From Amoebophrya sp. A120 (taxonomy: Eukaryota > Protista > Dinoflagellata), in NCBI GenBank assembly GCA_905178155.1, contig CAJINV010000006.1:3408437-3472436 (forward strand): 64,000 nt of DNA, written 5' to 3'. This document shows, piece by piece, positions 10,001-21,183 of the stretch. Below the pieces are notes generated by a model. The model was not told the origin of the DNA and did not search any database. It saw nothing but the letters and a program-made list of their open reading frames with translations. The translations under genes were made by a program, and so were the position numbers. Within the stretch, counting starts at the first letter, position 1. Every line of letters starts with the position of its first letter.

Positions 10001-13000
10001 TCTGTGGAAGATGGATTTTTCGCAACTCGCGCCCATAGACCTACGACAGTGCACAACTCCCCCTCCCCCTCATTTGTCATGCAAAATACCGAATCCACAT
10101 CTTGCCTTTAAGCACTCGGCGCTTCACAAGTTTTGGACGCCCAAACAGGACTACATTCCATGTGCGGATTTGTCATGCAAAAGCAACATTTACATTTGTG
10201 GCATTGCTTCTGTTACTGCTCATGCTATACAAATGAGGGGGAGGGGGCGTTGTGCACTCTCATAAGACCAGATCAGTAACTACATCGAGAACCGCGGCTA
10301 CGATCTGCGGATGCTCATGCCCGCCGTGTATGAAAAAACGGGACGCACGGACAGCACGGTGTACCAGTACATGGTGACAGAAGCACGAGAGGCCGAAGAC
10401 GACATGAATAATCCTTACCCAAACATGGTAACTGCGCTAGCCAAACTGCAAAAAGAGTGCGAGTACGTCCTCATCCGACCTATCGAATGCAAAAATATAG
10501 CGCTGTACTAGTATGAATTGCATCACAAATTAGCTCAGCATTACAAATGAAACTTGCAATGCTGTTTTACCCTATAGGAAAGAGATTTGTCACGCATAAC
10601 AGCAATTACTACGAGTGCGATACTTTTGCAGTTCATACGCCCTATGCAACAGCAACACGCGGACCTCGAAACCGCATCCGAGGAAGAAGAAAAAAGCGTA
10701 CCTATCTACGCCGGTATATCCTATGTAAAAACGTACCCACCCCAGAGTTGTCATGCAGATTTGCCATGACAGGAACATTTGTGATGCGCAACCCCATAAC
10801 AGGCATTTTCAATCGTGTTTGGGAACTTGTAATGCTGTAAACAGGATCAGAAGGTCGATGTGTGATGCGGCTTTCCTTGCTAACTTGCACTACCTTACGG
10901 ACTGAAACTTGTCATGCGTGACTCCTAAAACTCCTAGGTTTGTGTTGCAAAATCCCCATCCTGACTCTGGTGTGGGTACATTTTTACTCAGGATACGGTA
11001 GTACCAGCGGCCCTCCCGCAAGTGGAAGTAGTCGCGCTGTCGGGAATGCGGCCCTGGACGCTGCGTTCAGCCAGGACGTGGCTTACTGTCTCCAGATATC
11101 GATTGCAAATATCCCTGAATGTCTGGAAGGATGCGAACTTGTAGAAATGCGTGTTCCGAATCAACATGCGACTGTCGCGCAGGACCTGCAAAAGTTGCCC
11201 AGTTCTGGTCATGATGAGAAGCCATTTTTCATTGCAGAATAATACACATCGCCTAGTGCAAGTAGGGGCTGCAGAACCTGTGAAGATCATGCTAGGCCCT
11301 GCATATTCCAGACTTGGCAGAGCTAGAGCTTGGAACAACTGCATGACAATAAATCGCGGAACCTTGTTCCAGACCCAGACACTTTTGCAGTTGATACCAG
11401 AGCGAATTATTTCGGAAGCGGACCAGAATTTTAAACTTCTCCCAGAACAAGCGCGCCGGGGTGGTGTTAGCAGACGTGTCAGTGGATGACATCGGGGCGG
11501 ACGCTGGGGAGGGAAAGACATTTAAATTTGATCCAAAACTTCCGATGGCATTTGTGTTGGCGTATGCATTGCAAAAGTCTCGTACTAGTATTACTCGCAT
11601 GACAAATTCATATCAAAAAGAGAACTGAAATTTGTAATGCGGATTGAGATAAGAAACCAGATTTGTCATGCATAACTGCGATTCCTACGAGTACGATACT
11701 TTTGCACAGGATATGGCGCCGCTACGAGCGATTCCGGACGGGTACGAGCCAACCTGGGTCAGTCGAGACTATCAAAAGTAAAAATGTCTGGGTCTGGAAG
11801 TAGAGCACAACTTTGTCATGCACATTTTCCATGATCCATGATATCTGTGATGTATGCCATAGCATCACAGACTTTTTGAGCGCTTACCTATGCGCATCCA
11901 GCACAACAAATGCCCTCTCCGCGTAGCCAAATTTGAGTCCTCTTGCTGGTCATGCAATACAGGTTTTCTGAGCATCCAACACATATATCGCAAAGTCATG
12001 CTTGCTGGTCATGCAATACAGGTGGACTGTACAGGCGCGACACATATATCGCAAAGTACAAGGAGGAAGAACGCGCAGCAGTCGTGAAGCAAATGAAACC
12101 GCTGCTGCAAGAACTAGAAGCGACAGCGAAGCGCGCCGACCTCCGAATTTTCGGCGGCGATATGAATGCCGAATTCTACGAGGGCGCCGACGGCGAATTT
12201 CTATTCGCTCGGGAGAAAGTAGCGCCAGTCATCTACGAGGAAGTTTTAGCGCCCCTCGCTCGCCTAATGTCCCTCTATACCAAGTACCGCTGCCCGGCAG
12301 GCCCGACCTGCTTTCGGACCACACCCAGACGGATTGACTTCGCTCTAGTAGGCGCCGAAGACGCAAACTCGCTCAAGGTGAGGCAGAAGCGGGCTAAGGT
12401 GCCGGCCAATTGGCAGTATGAGTTCGGCAAGAAGCAAACGCGCTGCCAGTGGCTGAAGGACGACGAGACCCCAGATGAAGCCGAGGCGGACCATCTAGCA
12501 CTCCATACAGTAATCCGGTGGAGGCCGACGAAGGACGAAACGGGGCAGGGAACAACCGGGGCAGATCGAAACAACATTGGAACAGCAGGCAAAAAGCCGA
12601 CAGCGTTTAACGCAACATACGCTGATAAAAAACCGGGCGGACCCGCGGCCACGGGCAGAGTCAAGGTCCTGAAGAGCAAGGCGGAATTCGAGAAGTGCGC
12701 CCCCTTCCCCGGCGCCATATCCTGGCCTAGGGGGGCAGCGAAGAAAGAACAACTGGCGCCGGTCCTCGAAGCCGCAGAAATGCCAAGCGCGTGCGAAGTA
12801 GGTCTCGACGGCATACAGAACTGGATCAGGGATCTTCTGAAAACGGAGTGCCCGCTGAAGGCAAAGAATTTAATGACCCAGCAGATGGAAGCATTCTACG
12901 GCCGGAAGGGGGGAAGGAAGGCGCACCAGAAAAAGACGCAGCAAAGCAATGAACCTGAGCAGACGGGCCCTGCCAGCACGACTGAAACAGCTGACGAGAA

Positions 13001-16000
13001 GGACACGCGCATGAAGAAGGAGAAGGCGCGTGAGCTACTAGAAAAATGGCAAGCAACCTACCCGAAACTTGAAGAAGACGACACCGAGGACAGCATCTAC
13101 AAGAAAGCAAGAAGGGTCAGGAAGCTAGTAACGGGGCAAGCGCGTGGCGAACTTGCAGGCGAGCTCAGCAAGATCAACATAGGCACGAAAGAGCAGCCGG
13201 ACTGGGTAGAAGGGACGGAGAAAGTGACAGAGGAGGTCGCTTTCTATCACCTACTCAAAAACGAACTGACTCGGGCTGCCGAAGGCCTCGGGCACACGTT
13301 CAACAAAGTCGAGTTCAACAAAGCTTTCCAGCAATTAACGGACGCGTCGGAACACGTCCCGGAGATCGTCACTACTGGGCCACAGTTACGTAAAACCCTG
13401 GGTAGAATGAATGGCGAAGCCGCCGGCGCCGACGGAATGCGCGTCGAGGGGCTGAAATCCCTCACCGACAGCCAACTGCAGGAAGTTGCTGCAGGAGTGA
13501 CTGACTTCTTGCGGAAAGTCGGCAAGGCGATTAACTCCCCCGGCAACATGAGCCAGCTCATCCCGCACGCGCTTACAGTGCTGCAGGTCGAGATCCTGAC
13601 GAAAGCGTCGGGGCCGATTACGGAGGTCAGCAAATTCCGCGCCGTTATTAAGAACACCCCAGTAATGAAACTCCTAGTAAGCCACCTAACTTACATTGCG
13701 ACGCGAGTGGCCGACATCAATGACGTTTTCACCCGGTGCGGCGCAGCTGGGAAGCCGGCAGCCTCCTGCACGCTCCAGCTGCTAGAAGTGCTAGAGAGTT
13801 GCCACGGGGCCGAACTGAGCGACGGCTACGACGGCAAAGACGAGACAAGCAAGAACGACGGCGATCAAGGAGCAAAAGCAGTAGCAACCGAGCCACCGAC
13901 CGCGAACGGGAACACGGGAGGAGAACAGACCACGGAGGAGAGCCAAAAAGAAGGAGCGACGGCAGGCAAGAGTAGTAGCAACCTATCCACAGAAGCAGCA
14001 GAGGCAGCAGTTGAAGTAATCGACTGGATCAAGCTCTTAATGGGCCTCGACGCTAGTAATTTTTACAACTGCCTGACGTTGCCGACAGCCGTGCGGTGTA
14101 TGAGACGCGCTCGCTTGCACCCGACGTTTATCAAGTTGATCATGCTCACTACGTGGTCGAAGAAGATCTTCCTGAGGAACGGGAACCACTACGGCGAGGT
14201 CAAAGCACATCGCGACCTCATCCAAGGCTCCGTAGAGTGCATGCTAATAGGAACAATCGTCTACATGGCCGGGGTGCAGAAGGTGGCCGAATTCTTCGAA
14301 GAGTGCTACGACGAAACAGGTCGAATAGTAGCAGGCAAAATCGACGGCGCGACCCACAAACTGCGAAGGAGTATCAGGGAGCTCTACAAAGGCGACAACG
14401 ACATCGACACGTCCTTCCCAGATTACAGCACGAGCGAAATTGACGAGCTTTGGTTCGATGCGGGATCGCTAGGCGGATCGACAACAGGATACCGGCGGAC
14501 ACAGACCTGGAACAAATATCGGAAGGTGTACGTGCAGACACATCAATCCGGAAAGCTCCAGAGCCCGGAAGAGCCAGCGCGGCAGAAAACTTCCTCAGCG
14601 CTTCAATTTGTCGATGATGGGACCCTTTGTCTCAGGTACAAACCTGCAGACCACGCACTAGCGTTGCGACTACTGAGTGCTGTGAAAACGGTCTACGAAG
14701 ACATCTACCGAAGTGAAGGTCAGTATCTTGCGCCGTTAAAGTGCGAATACGTTTTTTCCGGAACAGCAGAACAGTCGGAGCAGGTCCGTGAGGTTTTCTC
14801 CCCATTCGGGATCGAGTTCAACGAGAAGAAAGCTGCGAAGATCTTGGGAGTGACAATCAGCCTGAGTAGTATCGACGAGCAGCGCGCGGCACTTAGGACG
14901 CAAGTCAGAAGAGCGATCGGGACGGCACAACACCACACGGAACAGCTGATGGTCGCGCAGCCCCGGATGGACGGCAAGGAACTTCGAACAGCAGTGCAGG
15001 TCTTCTTCCTCTCCCCGCTGCTTTACCGATTGCCGGCTATGCATTTGATCTTCAAGCCAGAGGACTGGACAGAGCTACTGACAGACATTTCGTTCGGCGC
15101 AGCCAGGTCGCTGGGCTTTAGCTGGGAGGCCATAGCAAAACTAGCGGAGAAGGCAAAGACCGGAGGTGGCGAGTTCTACCGTATCATCTTCAGCGAAAAC
15201 GTTCTGGCTTTGGTCGACCCGTATCTGCTAGGCATCAAGATTCTACGGTCAGCGGCGCAGGCTGGGTACTTGACAGATCCCGACAGATTGATCAAGTGGG
15301 CGACCTTTCCGATTTCTCTTCACGGAGCAACGAGCACAGGTCTGACAGAATCAGACGCGGCTGACATCGACGACAAGAACCAGGCCGATGTCGCGTTGTT
15401 GGACGCAGCGGCAGCAGGCGCGTCAACGAGGTTGCCACCAGCAAGTGATCTACGGTGCACGGGGTTCGTCCCGGATCGTTCCGGGCTCAGTGAGGAACCC
15501 TCACAGAGAACCGCCCACCGCCGCCGCTTCTTTAAAATCGAAGCCAATAATGCCGGTGATGGAATCGCATGCAGTGAGACGGACATCCTCGGGACAGTAG
15601 TAAGGCCGAGCGTTTTGCAGGTGAAGACAGTGCGAACACACCTGAGGACCGAAACCGGCAGGAAGGAACAGCGGGCAGCAGCATACATCAACAACGCCTT
15701 GTATGCGATGCCATTGCTGATCCAGGAACAACAGTCGGATGGAGGAGAAAGCTTCGTAATTTCGCTAGAAAACTACCAGACACTTCACGACGGAACAAAA
15801 GGACCGATCCGGAAAGGCCAAGGGATCGCTTTGGACCTGGTAGAAGCAATCGAGGGACTACAACTTCTAGGCCATCGGGTCCTGCGAAAAAACAGCCAGA
15901 ACCGGACGGAGCTAAACGCGGCGCAAGGCGTGCATGAGATCCCCCTCAGGTTCGTCAACATCTCCGGACATGACAAAAACATGGACTGGCCGATCTATGA

Positions 16001-19000
16001 GTTCGGTGAGGAACTATTTGCGTTCGGACCGGTTTCGACCTGGCAACGGATGAGCAAAAAGGAGCGCGGCGCTTTCCTTGCCCAGGCCCTAGGAGTAGAA
16101 ACAGACGAGGAGGCGGCAGAGCGGGCACGAAAAGAACGAGAAGCCGAGAGAACACAACCCCAGCCCAAGGCGCCACAGGGGGCGAGTCAGAGTAGCGGGA
16201 CTGCCGGAAAAAAGTCGACTAGCGGCGCAGGACCAAAGAAAAAACAGGCAAAAGCGAAAGCCCCGGGGCCTGCACCACCACAGCCGGTAGGAGAAAAAAC
16301 ACCGCCACCAAAACGCAGGAGGGTTTCAGAGCAGTCGGACGACGACGCAGGCGAAAAGAGAAAGCCCAACAGAAAAGCACCACCAGCGCCGGCAGCCGCG
16401 GCAGAAGAGCAACCAACAGCAAAGGCCCCGACACAGAAAAAGACAAAGGGCGCGGCTGGGCCGAAACCGAAGCCACCAGTAGCCACGGCAGCAGGAAAAG
16501 CCCCAGCAAAAGCTCCGGAACAGAAAAAGGCGAAGGGGGCTGCCGGACCGAAGCCGAAGGCAACGGAAGCCAAACCGCCGCAACCCAAGGCGGGCGGAAA
16601 GAAGAGATCTGCAGAGGAGGCGGAGGCGCTCCCGGGTGTGGCAAGCAAAAAACAGAAGCAAACCAGCAAAAAACAGGAGGAAGCCAACCCAGCGAGAAAA
16701 AAGCCACCACCTAAACAGAACGAGGCGCCGCGACAGGCCGCTAATTCCGCAGCGGAAAACACCGCAGAAGCGGCGCCACCGAAGAGCGAGCAAGCCGAGA
16801 CACGGAAGACCCACGGAACAGAGCAACTGGCTACGCAGGGAGATCGGGAGGACGCGAAACCTGCAAACGGGCTCGGCGGGAGGGCCGAAGCAGAAAAGCA
16901 GGAAACAGCGGCAACAGAGAAAAGCAAGGCACAACCGGCGAGGCCGGGTGCCATGTTTACGTCGACGAGCCAGTTCTCGATGGTCGGTGACCTGTTCCGC
17001 GAACTGGAACGCAGCCGGAACAACAGCAACCAGCCAGCCTCTCACTCCTCCTCAGCCTCTTCCTCCTCGTCCGCAAATACGAAAGCCAAGTAAAAAAAAG
17101 AAGAAAAGAAGAACCCCACTCGTCGAACCCCGACGGATACCCCCTCAAGCCCATCCCTCCCCGCATAGTAGTACCCCTTACCTACATGAAGAGCGAGGGA
17201 CCTCGTAGCACCAGGCGGAATGGAAAATAGTAGCTACCCCCAGATGATAGCAAAGTAGCGAACGACGACCCGGAGTGCGCAGAATCGGTTGTAGACATGG
17301 CGGCAAATCGACCGACGAAAAAGAGCGCGCGAGATAACCACACTGAAACCAAGCAGACACCTGACTGACGTTTTGTACATATAGAGCTGCACAAAGATGA
17401 AAAAAAGAGAAAAAGGAAAAAAGCGCAAGCCGTCCGGCGGGGCGGCCGCTCCTATCCATCACACATCGGAGCACTCGATGTTCCTGCTCGGTCCCGGCGA
17501 CGACGAGGGGTAGCGAGAGCCACAGCACGGAGCGACACAGAGGAAAAGAGAGTAATCCAAAAACGCATGGCCTCACGTACGTACACTTCTGCACTTTTGT
17601 CTTTGCTCCCCGAAAGGGGGTTTCCTGTGGGGGGGGGGTGCGGGAAGTCTAAAAGCAAATGGAACGAAAGCCGCCTGCAAGCGAAGCGATCAAAAACCAC
17701 GGCAGAAGCGATGTCATGCGGGTGATGTGGTTCAGGGGCGATTGCGATCCCCCATTAGGCATGGCGATAGCAAGGGCGTTGCACGACGCGAAGATCTGTC
17801 ATGCAGTTTGAACGTGCCAGAACCAAGCCCCACAGTCAAGACGACAACAGCGGCAAAGTGATCAGCCTTCGGGCGTGCGCGATGCTCGTTCCATCTACTT
17901 TTTCGACGATTCACTTCCTTCACCAGGGCCTTGCTCAACCCTGGACCAGAACGAGTAGGACCAAGGACCCAAGAGGTAGGCACTGTAGCGGAAAGTTGGA
18001 GCAAAAAAAATTTTTTTTGAAAAAGGACCCAATAGGAGCCGACCTGCGTGGATGGTTATAAAACAGGTAGCCTGACCCCAAATGGCAATGATCATTGGGA
18101 GCAGCAGAGCGCAGCAGGACCCCGGGACTGCAACAGCTCACCCCTGTTTTAACTTAGAATCACGCAGTGCTCCGAGTATGCCACTACCTCGACCCCTCAA
18201 GAAAAGAAGTAGCCCCCCCAACTACAACACCGCCGTCCGCGATCAGGATACGACTTGTACTAACCAACATTGTACCAACCGAGATCCCGCGGGGCGCAGG
18301 GTCTGGGCGGCTCGAAGCAGAACGCGCAGCACAAGCGGGAGACAACACATCCAAAGGTGGGGATGGTCTCAGGTCGTTCAGGTCCGCCAAGGGTTGCGAC
18401 GCGCTATCAGGGTTTCGCCAACTCCGCGGGGGCGTTGCGGGTAACTCCCTAAAACACCAAAACCGGCAGAAATTAGGGCCGGCAGTCCGGGTAATTGCTC
18501 ACCAGTCGTTTTGTATGACGAACCAAGAGGTGCAACGCGAACAGATAGGCATGAATTTAGCATCTCCGGCTGGTAGAGCAATCGGCTACCGAGGTACGTC
18601 AGGGGGCGTAGCTACATCAATCAATCCAAATGTAGCATCACAAGTTTGGCTCTTCCAGGCCCAGACACTTTTGCATTTGATAGAGACGCGCCAAGCACGA
18701 AACTGTACCCCAGCGACATTGGCAGCGAGAAACGGGAGCGAATCGACGAGGACGCTCACCGATTGAAAACCATCTTCGCGCTATGGAAGTGTCAGGATCG
18801 AAATCATCAGAGTTGAAATAATTTGTGACGCATAAAACGATTAACCCGTTGGCGCCTTGTTTTCAAGTGGCGCATGATGACAAATTTGGGTAGAACTGAA
18901 ATCCAGTTTGTGATGCTGTTTCGGTAAGGAAGACGCCTGCTGTATTTGTCATGCTACTTTAGCAGCTCAATTTCTACCCCTCGACAGGCTTGCAATCTGC

Positions 19001-21183
19001 ATCTTCCCTTACGTCCTCTGCATCAATAGAGGCAATTTCTTCGTTGCATTTTATGCATCACAAAGAACTATTTCAACTTTGACGATTTCAATTCTGACGC
19101 TTCCATACGCGCTTCGCCCGACCACGAGCCTCGTCGAGGAAACCAAGAGAGCGTGGGACGAGAGTAATGGCGAAGGGAGTGCTATCGCAAAAAAAAACTG
19201 TTTCACTGTGAACTTGTGATGCATAGAATGGAACACAGAACTATTTGGCTTGCCACACCTGCAAGACATTGGATTTTTTAGCGTGTTTTCCCTTGGGAAG
19301 CGCACATGGCAAACTTTCTGTGTCATGTGTAGCAAACTGGTGATGCGGATCTTGCAAAACCATCACAGTGAAACAGTTTTTTCATGGGATAAGTGCGACC
19401 GGGGGCCTGAAACATAAGGTCACGTCCTTTAACAAGGAACTGCACGGGGCCGTTGAGGACAAACAGGTAGCACAGCACGGGACCTTTTCAAGCGATTACT
19501 ACACGCCGGAGGTGGACAGGTTAAGCCATCCTGGTGCTGCGACGCTGCATATCATACAAAAAAAGTTCGTCGCGATCACTCATGCGCATTTTTGCAATAC
19601 AGAACCTTCTGTCATGCTTAAAAATGCACCACAGCCAACCCTCGTAGGGGATTGCCCTAGAGTTTCTCCAATACAAGGAATAAGTAGCTGCGATGCTAAA
19701 AAAATTTGTAATGCAAAACCTGCACAGTAGTCGGTGAATTTGACAAAATTTGTTCTGTCCATACCGCAATCCTGTGTGTTACTATTCGACGCAGACCTAG
19801 ACTATCAAAATGAAAAATCTTAGCCCCTCCCCATATCAAAACGGATACTTGTGATGCTGATTTGTAGTCACAAATCAGCTTTGTCGTGCACATAAGGTAA
19901 TGGGAGCCATTTGACGCATTCCAGACCAAGTCTCTCATGCGCTTTCGAGTACTGCAAACCTGTTGGCCATGCGCAATTGCTAGCCTTCTGCATAGTACCC
20001 AAACAGGCCTAGAAAATGCCGCCAAGCACTTTCTGCAAGACAACTCTGATTCGTGTACGCAAGTCTAGCATCAGGAACTGCGTTTCGATATGGGGAGGGA
20101 TGATTTTTCCTTACGATATAGACCGCCTCTTCCCCCGCTGCGACATGTACCACCTGCGTGACCAAATGCTTATCAAGTGCCAATATGTCTGGGTCTGGAA
20201 GATTGCGAGACTTGTCATGCAGATTTTCCATGACCCATAAGGTCTGGAATGCGAGACCCAGCATGACAGATTCTTTGCGGTCTCTATCATGCCTCTCCTG
20301 CATGAGAAACTTCCTGTCAATTTGGTCAAAAGTGGACAGCTTTTGCCATGCGTGCAACACACATTTTTGCACGATCCAGAATTTGCATGACAAGTTGCAG
20401 TGTTCGTCCAGACCCAGACATATTTGCATTTGATAATGCTGCGCCGCCTGCAAAACCCGTTCAGCAGCGCCAGCAGCATATCCACAGTAAATTTCCCGTA
20501 CACGTACAAATACAGTCACTGCATCACAAAACTTGCCTTCAATCCTAGTCTAGCATGACAAGTTGGGCACTGCAAGTTAGCGAAATTTGTCATGCATTTT
20601 GTACATCATGTACAGGAAATTTACATTGCATACAGCAGTGCAGCTTCAGCCGCCTCGACAGCAGCAGCAGCAGCCGCCGCAAGTGCTGCTTCTTCAGCAA
20701 CAGAACTTGTCGATAAAAAAACGGCAAAATCCCGTGAGGAAGACAACCACGAGGACGATCACACTGCGAGAGCCACCCGCGCGTCTCCTACTGCCAATCA
20801 AGAAAAGAAGCCAAATGAACTAGCGCCAAACGAGGGAGTAGACCACGCCAGCAGCGCACTTCAGGAGAAGGAAAAAGTCCGAATCAACGACATTCATTGG
20901 GTATGCACTGCAAAAGTACTATCGTACTCGTACTAGTTGCAGACATGCATGACAAACACAAATCGCCTTCCTTAGCTAAAACAGCATTACAAATTTTATC
21001 TGTCATGCTCAGGAAATTTGTAATGCAATTTATACTAGTACGATGGGATGCTTTTGCACTTCATATTGGGTGGGGTTTCGCTTTCACCGGTGGTCCAGAT
21101 CGATTGGGCTTGGCAATTACGAATCTGAAAAAATAGAAGTAGATTTGGGTCTCATGGAACAAACCTGTCATGCAAATTTGTGA
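7083..21183 (+). CDS. Large protein of unknown function with N-terminal hydrophobic (signal/anchor) segment and acidic low-complexity region; split by 19 TAT..ATA elements
   Basis: Continuous frame across all 19 junctions, e.g. ALMD|LVSLK, PIPA|ASLDG, and WVSRD|APSTK across the 6.9-kb element 11770-18682. The last exon ends TGA at 21181-21183; the exact 3' end is less certain. Confidence 0.8.
7989..8231. mobile_element. Introner/MITE family A (TIR about TATCAAATGCAAAAGTGTCTGGGTCTGGAA, 240-300 bp); representative of 20 copies
   Basis: DR TGGAT. Other copies: 1-94 (partial), 431-701, 739-988, 2806-3067, 9578-9844, 11097-11396, 11770-18682, 20171-20435, 23601-23852, 24542-24783, 26665-26916, 28210-28462, 36590-36850, 39487-39747, 48571-50184, 53676-53917, 58573-58824, 60565-60816, 61759-62020. 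Confidence 0.93.
10717..10995. mobile_element. Introner family C (TATCCTGNGTAAAAACGTCCCCACCCCAGAG, about 280 bp); 8 copies
   Basis: DR CGGTA. Others: 1079-1387, 1841-2119, 26981-27268, 31994-32273, 51714-52219, 56301-56558, 63553-63898. Confidence 0.9.
11943..17093 (+). CDS. LINE ORF2-like protein: C-terminal part of APE endonuclease, reverse transcriptase, K/P/A-rich tail
   Basis: APE motifs GGDMNA, TCF..RRIDF, ADH. RT motifs AAGADG, FRAV, LDASNFYNCL, IQGS, QFVDD, KCE, KILGV. The 1716-aa frame is uninterrupted and contains no TAT..ATA elements. Confidence 0.88.
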   Translation: MLVMQYRFSEHPTHISQSHACWSCNTGGLYRRDTYIAKYKEEERAAVVKQMKPLLQELEATAKRADLRIFGGDMNAEFYEGADGEFLFAREKVAPVIYEEVLAPLARLMSLYTKYRCPAGPTCFRTTPRRIDFALVGAEDANSLKVRQKRAKVPANWQYEFGKKQTRCQWLKDDETPDEAEADHLALHTVIRWRPTKDETGQGTTGADRNNIGTAGKKPTAFNATYADKKPGGPAATGRVKVLKSKAEFEKCAPFPGAISWPRGAAKKEQLAPVLEAAEMPSACEVGLDGIQNWIRDLLKTECPLKAKNLMTQQMEAFYGRKGGRKAHQKKTQQSNEPEQTGPASTTETADEKDTRMKKEKARELLEKWQATYPKLEEDDTEDSIYKKARRVRKLVTGQARGELAGELSKINIGTKEQPDWVEGTEKVTEEVAFYHLLKNELTRAAEGLGHTFNKVEFNKAFQQLTDASEHVPEIVTTGPQLRKTLGRMNGEAAGADGMRVEGLKSLTDSQLQEVAAGVTDFLRKVGKAINSPGNMSQLIPHALTVLQVEILTKASGPITEVSKFRAVIKNTPVMKLLVSHLTYIATRVADINDVFTRCGAAGKPAASCTLQLLEVLESCHGAELSDGYDGKDETSKNDGDQGAKAVATEPPTANGNTGGEQTTEESQKEGATAGKSSSNLSTEAAEAAVEVIDWIKLLMGLDASNFYNCLTLPTAVRCMRRARLHPTFIKLIMLTTWSKKIFLRNGNHYGEVKAHRDLIQGSVECMLIGTIVYMAGVQKVAEFFEECYDETGRIVAGKIDGATHKLRRSIRELYKGDNDIDTSFPDYSTSEIDELWFDAGSLGGSTTGYRRTQTWNKYRKVYVQTHQSGKLQSPEEPARQKTSSALQFVDDGTLCLRYKPADHALALRLLSAVKTVYEDIYRSEGQYLAPLKCEYVFSGTAEQSEQVREVFSPFGIEFNEKKAAKILGVTISLSSIDEQRAALRTQVRRAIGTAQHHTEQLMVAQPRMDGKELRTAVQVFFLSPLLYRLPAMHLIFKPEDWTELLTDISFGAARSLGFSWEAIAKLAEKAKTGGGEFYRIIFSENVLALVDPYLLGIKILRSAAQAGYLTDPDRLIKWATFPISLHGATSTGLTESDAADIDDKNQADVALLDAAAAGASTRLPPASDLRCTGFVPDRSGLSEEPSQRTAHRRRFFKIEANNAGDGIACSETDILGTVVRPSVLQVKTVRTHLRTETGRKEQRAAAYINNALYAMPLLIQEQQSDGGESFVISLENYQTLHDGTKGPIRKGQGIALDLVEAIEGLQLLGHRVLRKNSQNRTELNAAQGVHEIPLRFVNISGHDKNMDWPIYEFGEELFAFGPVSTWQRMSKKERGAFLAQALGVETDEEAAERARKEREAERTQPQPKAPQGASQSSGTAGKKSTSGAGPKKKQAKAKAPGPAPPQPVGEKTPPPKRRRVSEQSDDDAGEKRKPNRKAPPAPAAAAEEQPTAKAPTQKKTKGAAGPKPKPPVATAAGKAPAKAPEQKKAKGAAGPKPKATEAKPPQPKAGGKKRSAEEAEALPGVASKKQKQTSKKQEEANPARKKPPPKQNEAPRQAANSAAENTAEAAPPKSEQAETRKTHGTEQLATQGDREDAKPANGLGGRAEAEKQETAATEKSKAQPARPGAMFTSTSQFSMVGDLFRELERSRNNSNQPASHSSSASSSSSANTKAK
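11980..18623 (+). mobile_element. 5'-truncated non-LTR retrotransposon nested in a family-A element
   Basis: ATCCAA is duplicated at 11974-11979 and 18624-18629. The host element resumes exactly after it (compare the intact copy near 36791-36850). Short ATCA-type tail; about 1.5-kb 3' UTR. Confidence 0.9.
19183..19391. mobile_element. Introner family G (TATCGCAAGAAAAAACTGTTTCACTGTGA, about 210 bp); 3 copies
   Basis: DR AGTGC. Others: 40900-41108, 51431-51657. Confidence 0.9.
20479..20632. mobile_element. Introner family J (TATCCACAGTAAATTTCCCGTACACG, 150-185 bp); 4 copies
   Basis: DR CAGCA. Others: 27961-28144, 29660-29830, 52336-52486. Confidence 0.88.

Noticed and set aside
11943-17093. 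The RT as the mobiliser of the TAT..ATA elements, or as a group II intron maturase
   Set aside because: It has APE motifs and its own TSD and interrupts an existing element. TIR plus fixed TSD points to a DNA transposase not present here.
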